A stretch of DNA of 53,683 nt from a bacterium. Its GTDB lineage: Bacteria; Patescibacteriota; Saccharimonadia; Saccharimonadales; SZUA-47. Shown here one piece after another: positions 7,957-17,448 of the stretch. The notes under the pieces are model-generated. The model was not told the DNA's origin and did not search any database. It saw nothing but the letters and a program-made list of their open reading frames with translations. The position numbers were made by a program, and so were the translations under genes. The DNA is taken from contig JAUHWW010000003.1 in the NCBI GenBank assembly GCA_030427365.1, positions 1 to 53,683 of the forward strand. The letters run 5' to 3'. Positions within the stretch are counted from its first letter, which is position 1. Each line of letters starts with the position of its first letter.

Positions 7957-8121
7957 TTATTTGGCAGCTGGTGCTTTACGCAGCTTCTTGCCTGACTGCT
8001 TGGCAGTCGTACGTGCCTTAACTGGCGACTTGCTGTTAACAGCTCGTGCGAGCTTCAGCACAATATGACTCCGACGAAGGCCGGTCTTACGTGCGCTCGT
8101 TCGCTTTTTTGGCTTTCCCAT
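7957..8121 (-). CDS. rpmF: 50S ribosomal protein L32
   Basis: MGKPKKRTSARKTGLRRSH matches the L32 N-terminal signature. The internal ATG of the 80-aa ORF is used. TATAAT box at 8171-8176. Confidence 0.85.
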   Translation of the reverse strand: MGKPKKRTSARKTGLRRSHIVLKLARAVNSKSPVKARTTAKQSGKKLRKAPAAK

Positions 8122-8229
8122 TTTGTATTCCTCTCTTGGCAAAACATTATCGTTTTGCTTTGTTAATAGCATTATACCGTAAACAATCCCTATCCTCAAG
8201 ACAATACATTGACATTATAGTAGTATTTA

Positions 8230-8238
8230 TGCTATAAT
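8230..8238 (+). promoter_or_regulatory. extended -10 box TGCTATAAT, 6 nt upstream of ATG 8245 (leaderless)
   Basis: Seen directly: tgctataat-ataagt-ATG. Confidence 0.45.
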
Positions 8239-8244
8239 ATAAGT

Positions 8245-8634
8245 ATGAGTAGAAAATGGGGGCCGAACAGCCCCGGACCTGAGGCGAAACACCAAAAAAG
8301 TCCATCAGCCAGAGACGGTAAAAGAGTACAAGACGTCTTTGGTGAATCCTTTGTATGGCTTCTTGGCTTCTCAGTGGCCATAACAATTGCGAAAGGGATC
8401 TACGATCATACATCCCCTTCAGATGAGCAAAGACAAGAACGAGCAGCTACCGAGCAGCTTATAATTGATTGCGCGACTCCAGCAATTGCGGACTTACCTG
8501 AACCAATCGACTTTTATGACGCCCTCGATAAAACGAAAGAATGTTCCCGAATTGGCGGTAGTGTTGCACTCGATAACACGGTTCACGTCAGAATCACTCA
8601 AGAGATACTAGTATCACGCAACAATGCTGACTAA
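8245..8634 (+). CDS. hypothetical small membrane protein
   Basis: 129-aa ORF with one hydrophobic segment (FVWLLGFSVAITIAKGIY). The promoter box is placed for a leaderless start. Its 3' end overlaps convergent leuS by 21 nt. Confidence 0.45.
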   Translation: MSRKWGPNSPGPEAKHQKSPSARDGKRVQDVFGESFVWLLGFSVAITIAKGIYDHTSPSDEQRQERAATEQLIIDCATPAIADLPEPIDFYDALDKTKECSRIGGSVALDNTVHVRITQEILVSRNNAD

Positions 8635-11091
8635 TCGATTCTTGACGTAAATTACCTTTTTTGGCTGTTTGCCGGACAAATGAGCGTGTACGTTTTCTTG
8701 CGCGAGCGCTTCAGATTTTATCGCTTCTTCATCTGCATCAGCTGCAACTTCAATCTCAGCGCGGACTTTGCCATTCACCTGCACTGCCAAAGTCATCGTA
8801 TCACTTATGAGATGGCTCTCATCAAGCTCCGGCCAGTGACCGACATGCACTGAATCATCATGGCCAAGGTCGTGCCAGAGCTCCTCAGCGACATGAGGGG
8901 CAAATGGAGCGACAAGTTGAACAATGCTCTCAAGAGCAAACTGCCATGCAGACGATTGATACCCATCCTCGTCTTTTATCTTATACAGAACATTGACGCA
9001 CTCCATCATGGCCGAGATAGCGGTATTGTATTTTATCGCTTCAATATCGCTTGTCACTTTCTGAATGGTCTTGTGAGTCGCCTGCAGAAGTTCCTTGTCG
9101 TGACTTTCGACGCTTGACGTCTGGCTTTCGACCTCCATAAACTCCTGCACCAATGTCCAGATTCGATTTAAGAACCTATAGCTACTAGGCAAGCCGTCGC
9201 TGTTCCACGGTGATTCAACATCAGGCGGTGCGATAAATGATAGATAGGTGCGCAGCGCATCGGCTCCGTAGCCGCTATTAATCACTTCGAGAGGGTCAAT
9301 TCCATTCCCTTTCGATTTGGAGAAAAACGTCCCGTCCTCAGCCAGAATCTTGGCGTGGAAATACATGTGCTCAAATGGTTCTGGCGTCGGCACGAGGCCT
9401 TTTTTATGGAAAAATCGTGTGAAGAATCGCGCGTACAACAGATGTGCCGTGGCGTGGTCACCGCCGTTATAGAACTTGACCGGCATCCATTCTTCCGCCC
9501 GCTTCGGATCCCACGCCTGCGTGTCGTCATGCGGAGATAGATAGCGCATCTGATACCAGCTCGAACATACGTAGCCGTCCATTGTGTCAGTCTCACGCTC
9601 TGCTGGCTTGCCGCAGCGAGGGCACTCAACGTGCAACCAGTCTTTCGCCTTGGCGAGCGGACTTCGGCCATCACCAGACGGATGATAGTCATCCAGCTCT
9701 GGTAACTGCACCGGCAGTTGATCCTCCGGAACCGGTACAGCTCCGCAGTCAGCACAATTAATAATCGGGATAGGTGCACCCCAGTAGCGCTGTCGACTAA
9801 TTAGCCAGTCGCGCATTTTGTATGTCGTCTTGGCCTCGCCTTTACCGGCATCTTCGAGCCATTTCGTAATATTTTGTCGGGCTTCTTCGAGGTTTTGTCC
9901 GTCGAATTCACCAGAATTCGCCATCGTGAATTTTGCTCTATCAGGCTTTATCTCGGGTCCGTAGCTAACGAATTCGTTCTTTGTCGTCGTATAAATAATT
10001 GGCAGGTCGTACTTCTGAGCGAACTCGTAATCTCGCTCATCCTGTCCAGGCACTGCCATGATGGCGCCAGAACCATATCCCATCAGCACGTAATCAGCGA
10101 CCCATACGGGCACCTTTTCACCATTGACGGGGTTTATAGCAAACAGCCCTTCAACTGGTACACCGGTTTTGACTTTTTCTTTCTCTCGGTCGATATCACT
10201 CTTACGCATCGCGTGCAGAACATACTCGTCGACATCCTGCGCGTTATCCGCGTGCTGTGCATAGGTAGCGACCAGCGGGTGCTCAGGTGCAAGCACCATG
10301 AAGGTCACGCCAAATATCGTTTCAATAGCGGTCGTAAATACATCCACATGCTCAGTGTCCGCGCCAAGCCCCTCCAGCTGAAAGGTGGCAACCGTTCCTT
10401 CAGAGCGGCCAATCCAGTTTTTCTGCGCAATTTTTACCCACGGCGTCCAGTTCAGATCGTCGGTCGCTTCCAAAATCTCATCTGCATAGTCAGTAATCTT
10501 GAAGAACCATTGTCGAAGTGATTTTTTTGTCACGAGCGGATCGTCTGCGCCATCATGCCTCCAGCACTTGCCGGCAATAACTTGCTCATCAGACAGGACG
10601 CTTTTATCTATTTCGCACCACCATTGCAGCGATTCTTTCTGATAGGCTAGGCCTTCTTCATGCAGCTGCAAGAAACACCACTGCGTCCACTTGTAATAAT
10701 CCACCTTAGAGCTGTCGATTACCTTCGTCCAATCCATTGACCAGCCCATTTGTCGGTATTGATTGCGGTAACTTTCGATTGCTTCATCAGTTGTCACGCG
10801 CGGTGATTGACCAGTTTTTATCGCATAATTTTCTGCTGGCAGGCCGAAGCTATCAAAGCCAACCGGAGAATAACTCTCGTAGCCCTGCTGTCGTTTAAGC
10901 CGCATCAGAATATCTGGAATCGTGAAATTCTTTGCATGGCCAAGATGTATCCCGGCGCCAGATGGATAGTTAAACATTGCAAAGCCGTAGTATTTTTCTT
11001 TCTCAGAATCGAGATCAGCCACATACGTGCCATTCTCATCCCAATACGCTTGCCATTTGGGCTCAATATCTTTCGGTGAATACCTCTTCAT
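8614..11091 (-). CDS. leuS: leucine--tRNA ligase
   Basis: HIGH motif (GIHLGHAKN), KMSKS-like FSKSKGNG and an LeuRS-specific N-terminus MKRYSPKDIEPKWQAYW. The ORF is open to ATG 11100, but that ATG overlaps the -10 box, so ATG 11091 is preferred. Confidence 0.97.
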   Translation of the reverse strand: MKRYSPKDIEPKWQAYWDENGTYVADLDSEKEKYYGFAMFNYPSGAGIHLGHAKNFTIPDILMRLKRQQGYESYSPVGFDSFGLPAENYAIKTGQSPRVTTDEAIESYRNQYRQMGWSMDWTKVIDSSKVDYYKWTQWCFLQLHEEGLAYQKESLQWWCEIDKSVLSDEQVIAGKCWRHDGADDPLVTKKSLRQWFFKITDYADEILEATDDLNWTPWVKIAQKNWIGRSEGTVATFQLEGLGADTEHVDVFTTAIETIFGVTFMVLAPEHPLVATYAQHADNAQDVDEYVLHAMRKSDIDREKEKVKTGVPVEGLFAINPVNGEKVPVWVADYVLMGYGSGAIMAVPGQDERDYEFAQKYDLPIIYTTTKNEFVSYGPEIKPDRAKFTMANSGEFDGQNLEEARQNITKWLEDAGKGEAKTTYKMRDWLISRQRYWGAPIPIINCADCGAVPVPEDQLPVQLPELDDYHPSGDGRSPLAKAKDWLHVECPRCGKPAERETDTMDGYVCSSWYQMRYLSPHDDTQAWDPKRAEEWMPVKFYNGGDHATAHLLYARFFTRFFHKKGLVPTPEPFEHMYFHAKILAEDGTFFSKSKGNGIDPLEVINSGYGADALRTYLSFIAPPDVESPWNSDGLPSSYRFLNRIWTLVQEFMEVESQTSSVESHDKELLQATHKTIQKVTSDIEAIKYNTAISAMMECVNVLYKIKDEDGYQSSAWQFALESIVQLVAPFAPHVAEELWHDLGHDDSVHVGHWPELDESHLISDTMTLAVQVNGKVRAEIEVAADADEEAIKSEALAQENVHAHLSGKQPKKVIYVKNRLVSIVA

Positions 11092-11098
11092 AGGCAGC

Positions 11099-11107
11099 AT
11101 TATAACA
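11099..11107 (-). promoter_or_regulatory. extended -10 box TGTTATAAT, 7 nt upstream of leuS ATG 11091 (leaderless)
   Basis: Reverse complement of attataaca. Spacer GCTGCCT, no SD. Confidence 0.45.
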
Positions 11108-11142
11108 GAGGTGGTTTGTTGTTACTATCTGGCATAAAGTAT

Positions 11143-11631
11143 CTATGCCGCAATACCAAGCTCATTTACATTGACCATTGCTTCCTGAACTGGGACTTCT
11201 CTCAATGGATAAAAGCCAGCGACACATTGCAATACAGAAAAGAAGCCTTCTCTCAGTTCAGTGCCGGGCCGTTGTCCCGCCATCCCGAACAACAGCTTTT
11301 TCCCAATTGCAGTTTTTAAGTCTGATCGCTCTTTCTGTGAAAGACCTGCAACAATGCCTGGCGTAGTCATGTCAAGCAACGTTTCTTCTAAACAAACATA
11401 GAAAAGTGGACATTCCATGCATAATTCTTTTGCCTTATTGTTAGACTGGCCTCTTGTTGGAGTGAAAGTTTTATTCTCGATGTGTTCAGCTGTCTTGCAA
11501 GCAGGCCTATACCCACCCCAAGCTGAAGTCCTGCGCGTGAGTGTCTCGGGTGCGCCTTTTTCAACTTGTTTAAAAGGAGTAAAAGCATGCTTTAAGGCCT
11601 TTTTCTCTGCCGGCCTCAACAATAAAGCCAT
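11143..11631 (-). CDS. WhiB-like (Wbl) Fe-S cluster transcription factor-like protein with C-terminal extension
   Basis: Cys45-X25-Cys71-X2-Cys74-X5-Cys80 (ACKT...AKELCMECPLFYVCLEE), followed by GIVAGLSQKERSDL, which resembles the WhiB G[VI]WGG turn plus basic helix. 162 aa. Confidence 0.6.
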   Translation of the reverse strand: MALLLRPAEKKALKHAFTPFKQVEKGAPETLTRRTSAWGGYRPACKTAEHIENKTFTPTRGQSNNKAKELCMECPLFYVCLEETLLDMTTPGIVAGLSQKERSDLKTAIGKKLLFGMAGQRPGTELREGFFSVLQCVAGFYPLREVPVQEAMVNVNELGIAA

Positions 11632-11651
11632 ACTTACAAACTAATGCTTCG

Positions 11652-12563
11652 CTAGAATTTAGTCAACCAGTTATGCTTTGATCGTTTAGTTCTGACTAAG
11701 CGATGCTCTTTTTGCAAACGCTCTGTAATACTTCCAGGTTTGCCTACGCCAATAACTCGGCCGTCGATTTCGATGATTGGGGCGATATTGGCGCTGGTAC
11801 CGCAGGCAAATACTTCATCGGCTACATACAGCTCCGTTAAATCAACCGTTCGTTCTTCAACTTCTAATTGCAAGTTTTTTGCAATTGTTAATATCGTATC
11901 CCTGTTAATTCCCTCTAGAATGTCGGTTGTATTGCCTGGTGTAATGAGCTTCCCTTTCCGCACTAAGAATATATTCGCTGCATGAAGTTCACACACGTGC
12001 CCATCCGCATCAAGAAATACGCAGTCATCATAGCCGCTATCAAGTGCATCCTGCTTTGCTAAAGCGCTATTCACGTACGCGCCGTTTACTTTCGCACGAG
12101 CAGGTATCATCTGGTCAGACACTCTTCGCCAGTGACTTGTTTTGAGTCGTGCACCTTTTGGATTAAGTATCGGCACTGCGTCATACAAAAACACGCTCAA
12201 AACAGTGTTGAGGCCCTTCGTTCTTGCACCGGCCAATTCATCACTCACGTGCAACGTTGCTCTGACAAACACGTCTTTTTTGGTATCGTTTTTCTTCAAA
12301 AGCTCTGTAATTATCGCCTTAAAAGAAGCGAGGCTCCAATCATCTGGAAATGTATCTATACCAATAATCTTCGCCGAATTATTGAGTCGCTGGAAGTGAT
12401 CCTCGAGCCGAAACGCCAGCCAGCTTCCATCGACATATGAAACTGGCAGTACTGTGTACACACTTAGCCCATACAGCACCGCTGAACTCGCCACACTGAG
12501 TGCTGCGTTTTCTCGTGGCACAAACTCACCGCCAAGATAGACGGTCTCATGCATCTGAGCCAT
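11652..12563 (-). CDS. class IV aminotransferase (D-amino-acid / branched-chain aminotransferase family)
   Basis: 303 aa with a fold-type IV pattern (catalytic K in RAKVNGAYVNS; EGINRDT; ADEVFACGTSANIAPI). Sits immediately downstream of ddl, which suggests D-Ala/D-Glu supply. Confidence 0.85.
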   Translation of the reverse strand: MAQMHETVYLGGEFVPRENAALSVASSAVLYGLSVYTVLPVSYVDGSWLAFRLEDHFQRLNNSAKIIGIDTFPDDWSLASFKAIITELLKKNDTKKDVFVRATLHVSDELAGARTKGLNTVLSVFLYDAVPILNPKGARLKTSHWRRVSDQMIPARAKVNGAYVNSALAKQDALDSGYDDCVFLDADGHVCELHAANIFLVRKGKLITPGNTTDILEGINRDTILTIAKNLQLEVEERTVDLTELYVADEVFACGTSANIAPIIEIDGRVIGVGKPGSITERLQKEHRLVRTKRSKHNWLTKF

Positions 12564-12565
12564 AG

Positions 12566-13741
12566 CTAAAATTGTTTTAAGAAGTTAGTAGAAAACGTCG
12601 TATTGAGCTTTGCTTTGCTCTTTGCACGCTGCTCGGCCAGATCGACTAAACGACTAACTAGGTCAACGTTTGAGACGCCGCTCGCACGCCAGTTGTGGCT
12701 ATAGAGACTGCCAGGCAAAGGGTTAATCTCATTGAAATACACTTTCTTGGACTTTTTATCGATGAGCAAATCAATTCGCGCAATGCCTTCACAGCCAACG
12801 GCTCGATACACTGCCCCCGCCACTCGCTTCGACTCATCGTTCAACTCTTTGGATATATCTGCCGGAAGCTTGCTATAACCCTGTGCACCAGCAGTTTTGC
12901 CGCCCATTTTTTTGCCGCCCTTACCTTGATTCATGTACTTGGTATCAAAATCAAACACGCCATCTTCAGGGCTGACAGGTTCCTCAACCAGCGCATACGT
13001 CAAATCGCTGTCACGATTACCAATAATCGGTACAGTTACTTCAACGAGATTCGCTACCGCCTCTTCAACAAGCACTTTATCGTCATAATGCAGCGCAACT
13101 TCAATGGCATTTGTCAGTTCGTTGTCATTCTGAACCCTACTTATCCCGATACTCGATCCAAGCCGAGCCGGCTTCACAAACAACGGATATGACAGCTGTT
13201 TAGAAATTTGTCGATGCCACTCTTTGTGGCTCTCTGCATATTCTTTCGCACTGAAGTACACCATTGCAGGAGTTGCCTCGCCAGCTGCAAGTGCAATGAG
13301 TTTGCTTGTGACTTTATCCATGGCGATTGCAGATGCGTGCACGTCGCAGCCGACATATGGCACATTTGCCATTTCAAGCAGTCCCATCAATGCACCATCT
13401 TCGCCATAGGTGCCGTGCGTGGCGGGAAACACCACATCGATTTTCTTGTACTGCTTACGGCCGGCAAATTGGCTGGATTTCACGAGGGTTAAACCACCAT
13501 CGAGCTGCAATTGCACTTTTGGTGCTTTTTTCATAAACTGTTCAATTTCACCGCTTTGGTAGAGCTTGATGTCTTTGAGCTTGTCATCCCAGAACCATTC
13601 GCCATCTTTTGAGATATACACCGCTTCGACATTGTACTGCTTGGTCGCTTCAAGTGGCTTGATGATGGCAGAGAGCGCCGTAATGATAGATATGTCGTGC
13701 TCGGCACTACGTGAACCGAAGATAACTGCAACTGTTTTCAT
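12566..13741 (-). CDS. ddl: D-alanine--D-alanine ligase
   Basis: MKTVAVIFGSRSAEHDISIITA, HGTYGEDGALMGLLE, ATP-grasp core and C-terminal EINPLPG motif. AGGAG SD and TGCTATAGT -10 upstream. Confidence 0.93.
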   Translation of the reverse strand: MKTVAVIFGSRSAEHDISIITALSAIIKPLEATKQYNVEAVYISKDGEWFWDDKLKDIKLYQSGEIEQFMKKAPKVQLQLDGGLTLVKSSQFAGRKQYKKIDVVFPATHGTYGEDGALMGLLEMANVPYVGCDVHASAIAMDKVTSKLIALAAGEATPAMVYFSAKEYAESHKEWHRQISKQLSYPLFVKPARLGSSIGISRVQNDNELTNAIEVALHYDDKVLVEEAVANLVEVTVPIIGNRDSDLTYALVEEPVSPEDGVFDFDTKYMNQGKGGKKMGGKTAGAQGYSKLPADISKELNDESKRVAGAVYRAVGCEGIARIDLLIDKKSKKVYFNEINPLPGSLYSHNWRASGVSNVDLVSRLVDLAEQRAKSKAKLNTTFSTNFLKQF

Positions 13742-13800
13742 GAAAAAGCTCCTGCTTAGATGCAGACACTATAGCAATTATCTATTACAATTAAAAGCAA

Positions 13801-15237
13801 TTAATTGTAATTATCAGTCCAGTCGTTTTGCATCAAGACAAGGTCACCGGCGGCGAGTTGGTGCTCAATTGACGTGTAGAATTCCAATGGGTTTGTCTCG
13901 ACCCGCAGTTCGCCCTTAAATCCGTGTTTCTTCATGGCTTTCTCGATAATTGGCTGTACAGAATTATCCATCAAAACCACGATATCAGGTGGAAATTTTG
14001 CTATCGTCTCACCGAGCTTCGTATGAACATTTTCTGTTTCTGAGCCCTGGTCAACGAGTCCTGGCGTCACATACCATTTACGTTTGAAGTCGAGTTCACT
14101 CAGTAACTTCAGCCCAGCTACCAATCCTTCAATATTCCCGTTATAGGTGTCGTCTATCAGCCACGCGCCACCGATATGTCGAGGCTGCATGCGATGTTCG
14201 AATGGCTGAATTTTGGCACAGCCGCTTTCGATCTGCGCTTTGCTCAGCCCGAGCTTGTCGGCCAAGGCAGCACCGAGCGCGACCGGCGCGATTTGATGGC
14301 GGCCTAGCAAGCCACACGAAATAGCCAAGGTCTTCTTACCCTTTTTCATCACAAAGCTCGTCTGCGCCACACTCACAATCGGCTTACTAATCGTCCAGCC
14401 GAGCACTTTTTTACTCGAAAACGTCTCTGTTTTGCCAAGATGCTTTGCAAGAAGCTCAGACTCAGCGCTGGCGTAGACGTGTGCTTTGGAGTATTTTGCT
14501 ACGCTAAGAAGATCTATTGCCACGGAATCAAGCGATGGATAATGGTCAAGGTGATTAGGCGCTAGTCCCGTAATGACCGCGTAATCAGGCTGAATAGTCT
14601 TGCTCATGCGTGTAACGTCACCAGGCGCACCCTCACCGAACTCGATAATAACGACTTCTTCGTCGCCCTGAAGCGTGTTTATAAACCGTGCTTGCGAATA
14701 AGCAGTGTTCATATTGCCGGGGGTCATAGCGACATTCTTGCCTTCTTGCAGAATGGTATGCAGTAGCTCTTTCATGGTGGTCTTGCCGTAACTACCGATG
14801 ACCGCGATAACCGTTGCTTCATGTGCGGCGAGCTTTTGCTGAGCGGCCGCGATAACGCGGTTTTGACGCGGCGCCACTACAAGCTTACTTGCAACTAACG
14901 TAATGAGGCTGAGTGAGAGGACTACAATAAACGGCGCAGCCACCAGCGCGACAAGCAGGTGGAGTCCGTAAAACCACAGTGGTAAACGTGAATCGACCAG
15001 CAGCAGCGCACCAGCGATAAAGAGTCCTGCTGCCACGTAAGAAGCGACGATGAGCGCGAGAGCCTTGGATGTCGGTACAAGTGATTTTCGTACCTTTAAT
15101 GATTGAATGGTCTGTTTTTTCTTCTGCGCGCGTTCAATCCAGTCCAGAAATTTCTGCGGATCATACTCAACTTGTTGCAGCATGTACACCAAGTAAAATG
15201 GCAAACGCAGCGAGTACATGCTCAAGAGGGTTTTCAT
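13801..15237 (-). CDS. murF: MurF-like Mur ligase with N-terminal transmembrane domain replacing the usual domain 1
   Basis: Mur ligase P-loop IGSYGKTTMKE, and DDTYNGN typical of MurF. The first approx 130 aa contain two long hydrophobic helices. ATGA overlap with the upstream hydrolase gene. Confidence 0.8.
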   Translation of the reverse strand: MKTLLSMYSLRLPFYLVYMLQQVEYDPQKFLDWIERAQKKKQTIQSLKVRKSLVPTSKALALIVASYVAAGLFIAGALLLVDSRLPLWFYGLHLLVALVAAPFIVVLSLSLITLVASKLVVAPRQNRVIAAAQQKLAAHEATVIAVIGSYGKTTMKELLHTILQEGKNVAMTPGNMNTAYSQARFINTLQGDEEVVIIEFGEGAPGDVTRMSKTIQPDYAVITGLAPNHLDHYPSLDSVAIDLLSVAKYSKAHVYASAESELLAKHLGKTETFSSKKVLGWTISKPIVSVAQTSFVMKKGKKTLAISCGLLGRHQIAPVALGAALADKLGLSKAQIESGCAKIQPFEHRMQPRHIGGAWLIDDTYNGNIEGLVAGLKLLSELDFKRKWYVTPGLVDQGSETENVHTKLGETIAKFPPDIVVLMDNSVQPIIEKAMKKHGFKGELRVETNPLEFYTSIEHQLAAGDLVLMQNDWTDNYN

Positions 15238-15998
15238 GCTACAAACTCCATAATCTCTCTGTTAACCTGGGTGGCGTGCGACTGATGAAGGAAATGCTCA
15301 GCATCGTCGATAACAACCAGCTTGCTACCCTTTATGCTTGCCGCAATTTTACGCCCATACGCTGGCGGCGTCGCTGTATCATGCCCACCATAGAGCAGCA
15401 GCGTTTTCGCGCGAATTGATGAGGCCTGATCGACAACGTCTTCAGATACGACCTTCTTAAATGTATCCTGCAGGTCTTCAGCGACAAACAAATCAGATCC
15501 GATTGCGTTGTAGACGCGCTTTTTTATCCGTTCCTGTGCTGCTTTTGGCAGTAATTTTGTTGGCAGCTTTGCTGTTTTTGCCAGCAGGCGAAGTGCTTTT
15601 TTGCGCGCTTTGTACGTCGCACGAACACCCGAACTTGCGAGTAATACAAGGTAGCTTGACTGCAACAGGCCACTTGATAGTGCCTTTATCGCAATTGCGC
15701 CGCCGTTTGAGTGACCAACGATAAGGTGGAGTCGTTTTTGATCAACGTCTAGTTTCTCTAAAAACCGCTGTAAAAACTGTGCGTATTTTTCGAGTGAATA
15801 CGTCTCTTGGGGATTATCACTTCCGCCAAATCCTGGCAAATCTACAGATAGAACGTAGTACTTTTTTGCCAAATCGAGCTGCAATTTTGAAAACGTGTCT
15901 TTACTGTCACCCCATCCGTGCAAAAGCAAGGCGACAGGATGACTCTGTTTGCCGTGCGTCTCATACGATACAACGCGGTTTTCAAGGATAACTTGCAT
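15234..15998 (-). CDS. alpha/beta hydrolase
   Basis: HGWG oxyanion region, nucleophile elbow GHSNGG and a C-terminal D...H. ATG 15998 is preferred over GTG 16004. Confidence 0.8.
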   Translation of the reverse strand: MQVILENRVVSYETHGKQSHPVALLLHGWGDSKDTFSKLQLDLAKKYYVLSVDLPGFGGSDNPQETYSLEKYAQFLQRFLEKLDVDQKRLHLIVGHSNGGAIAIKALSSGLLQSSYLVLLASSGVRATYKARKKALRLLAKTAKLPTKLLPKAAQERIKKRVYNAIGSDLFVAEDLQDTFKKVVSEDVVDQASSIRAKTLLLYGGHDTATPPAYGRKIAASIKGSKLVVIDDAEHFLHQSHATQVNREIMEFVA

Positions 15999-16005
15999 GC
16001 CCACC

Positions 16006-16014
16006 AGTATAGCA
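16006..16014 (-). promoter_or_regulatory. extended -10 box TGCTATACT, 7 nt upstream of ATG 15998 (leaderless)
   Basis: Reverse complement of agtatagca. Spacer GGTGGGC. Confidence 0.45.
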
Positions 16015-16022
16015 ATTATTGG

Positions 16023-17384
16023 TTACAGACTGAGCTCAATATCATCGAGTTGCAGTTGCTGCTGAAACTCGTCTGGCAATTGGGACTGCAGGCTTTGTTG
16101 CAGTTGCTGCTGGATGAGGCCGATGATTTCGTAGACATTTGTCGCATCATCAGGTGCGGATACATCGACCGCTTCATCACTGCTCGTAAACGATAGTTCA
16201 CCTGAAGACTTCACAGCGACGCTACCGCCCATATCAACATCGTAGCTGAAACTGATATCACCTGTTTGTGTATTGAACGTAACACCGCTTGTTAGCTCCC
16301 CTGTTGCACCATCATCGTCAATGGTCGCTTTCAGCATGACCGGGATATCATCTCCGCCTTCGTATGGGATCATGATGTCGAGATAGTTTGTCGAGGTGTC
16401 TTCCTGATTAGTATAAATCCTTACATTGCGAATATATTTATCGCTCGCCACCCAGACATCAGCCTTTGCGTTTGCAAAATCGACATCCGCAAACGCCTCG
16501 TCAATCTCATCAAACGGAATTGGCTCATCGGCGCTTCTTGGGTAGGCTGCTTCCAGTAAGTCTTTCAACTTCGTTTCATTCACCACCGCCTCATATTCTT
16601 TCAGAAAGGCAATGAAGTTGTCTTTATTCACGCCAACGCGCAGTTTCTCTGTGCTAACGCCATCAAACTCTTCGCTGCCTAGCTCCTCGACGACCGTGAA
16701 CACCGCCTTGTCATCACCACTGCCGAGCAGTCGCTCGGTAATCGGCTGGAGTGCGCGGTTCTTAATCTCCTCGACCTCTTCTTCACTCAACATCGGTAGT
16801 TCGTCATCTTGAGCAACTGCCTGTTCAAAAATAGTATGATCGACTGCTATCCACTTCGTGTCTATCAAGTCGATAGCTGGGCCGACTTGCTGTGCGACCG
16901 ATTCCCCTGCGAATGCACCAAGCAGTCCTTCAACTCCTTTTAGTCCGTCCAGCTTTACAAATATATCCGGTGCATCGCTGCCTTCGACTGCTTGCGATCG
17001 AACCTCAGCGTTTACTCGCACCCCAAATCCACCGATGTCTGCAGTAAACATGCCGTTGCCATTTGCGTATTTGCCTTCAACAGAGCCATCTACCGCTATC
17101 GGTGAACTGAGATTCAAAGAACCATTCACATTCATCGTCTCACCGCGTGGTTCAGCATCCAAAAACGACTCCAATGCTTGTCCGGTGTTGCCAAGTGCGC
17201 TATAGAACTTTTCTTCGGGCGATTTATTGAACACAGAAACGTACGCTGCTGCCGCGCCGCCCACAAGGAAAACGACTAACAACGATCCTAGTAGTAGGAG
17301 CTTACGCCCCGGCCTCTTTTTTGTTTTCATCTGTGTTGCACTAGTCTCCGGTTGCACTGGTGACGGGCTTGTATCATCTTGCAT
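16023..17384 (-). CDS. hypothetical membrane-anchored protein (large extracytoplasmic domain)
   Basis: 453 aa. Basic N-terminus, then one TM (LLLLGSLLVVFLVGGAAAAYV), then the motif EEKFYSALGNT. GAGGAG SD. Confidence 0.6.
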   Translation of the reverse strand: MQDDTSPSPVQPETSATQMKTKKRPGRKLLLLGSLLVVFLVGGAAAAYVSVFNKSPEEKFYSALGNTGQALESFLDAEPRGETMNVNGSLNLSSPIAVDGSVEGKYANGNGMFTADIGGFGVRVNAEVRSQAVEGSDAPDIFVKLDGLKGVEGLLGAFAGESVAQQVGPAIDLIDTKWIAVDHTIFEQAVAQDDELPMLSEEEVEEIKNRALQPITERLLGSGDDKAVFTVVEELGSEEFDGVSTEKLRVGVNKDNFIAFLKEYEAVVNETKLKDLLEAAYPRSADEPIPFDEIDEAFADVDFANAKADVWVASDKYIRNVRIYTNQEDTSTNYLDIMIPYEGGDDIPVMLKATIDDDGATGELTSGVTFNTQTGDISFSYDVDMGGSVAVKSSGELSFTSSDEAVDVSAPDDATNVYEIIGLIQQQLQQSLQSQLPDEFQQQLQLDDIELSL

Positions 17385-17448
17385 CGGGGTCTCCTCAATT
17401 TACTCGATCGTTGTCTCTACTATACTGGCGGCCGTAAAAGGATTGCAA

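Noticed and set aside
9874-10521. 215-aa plus-strand ORF inside leuS, and similar antisense ORFs at 12695-13192, 21600-22432 and 23604-24266
   Set aside because: They lie entirely within well-supported conserved genes on the other strand. They have no SD or promoter, and their composition is typical of antisense frames.
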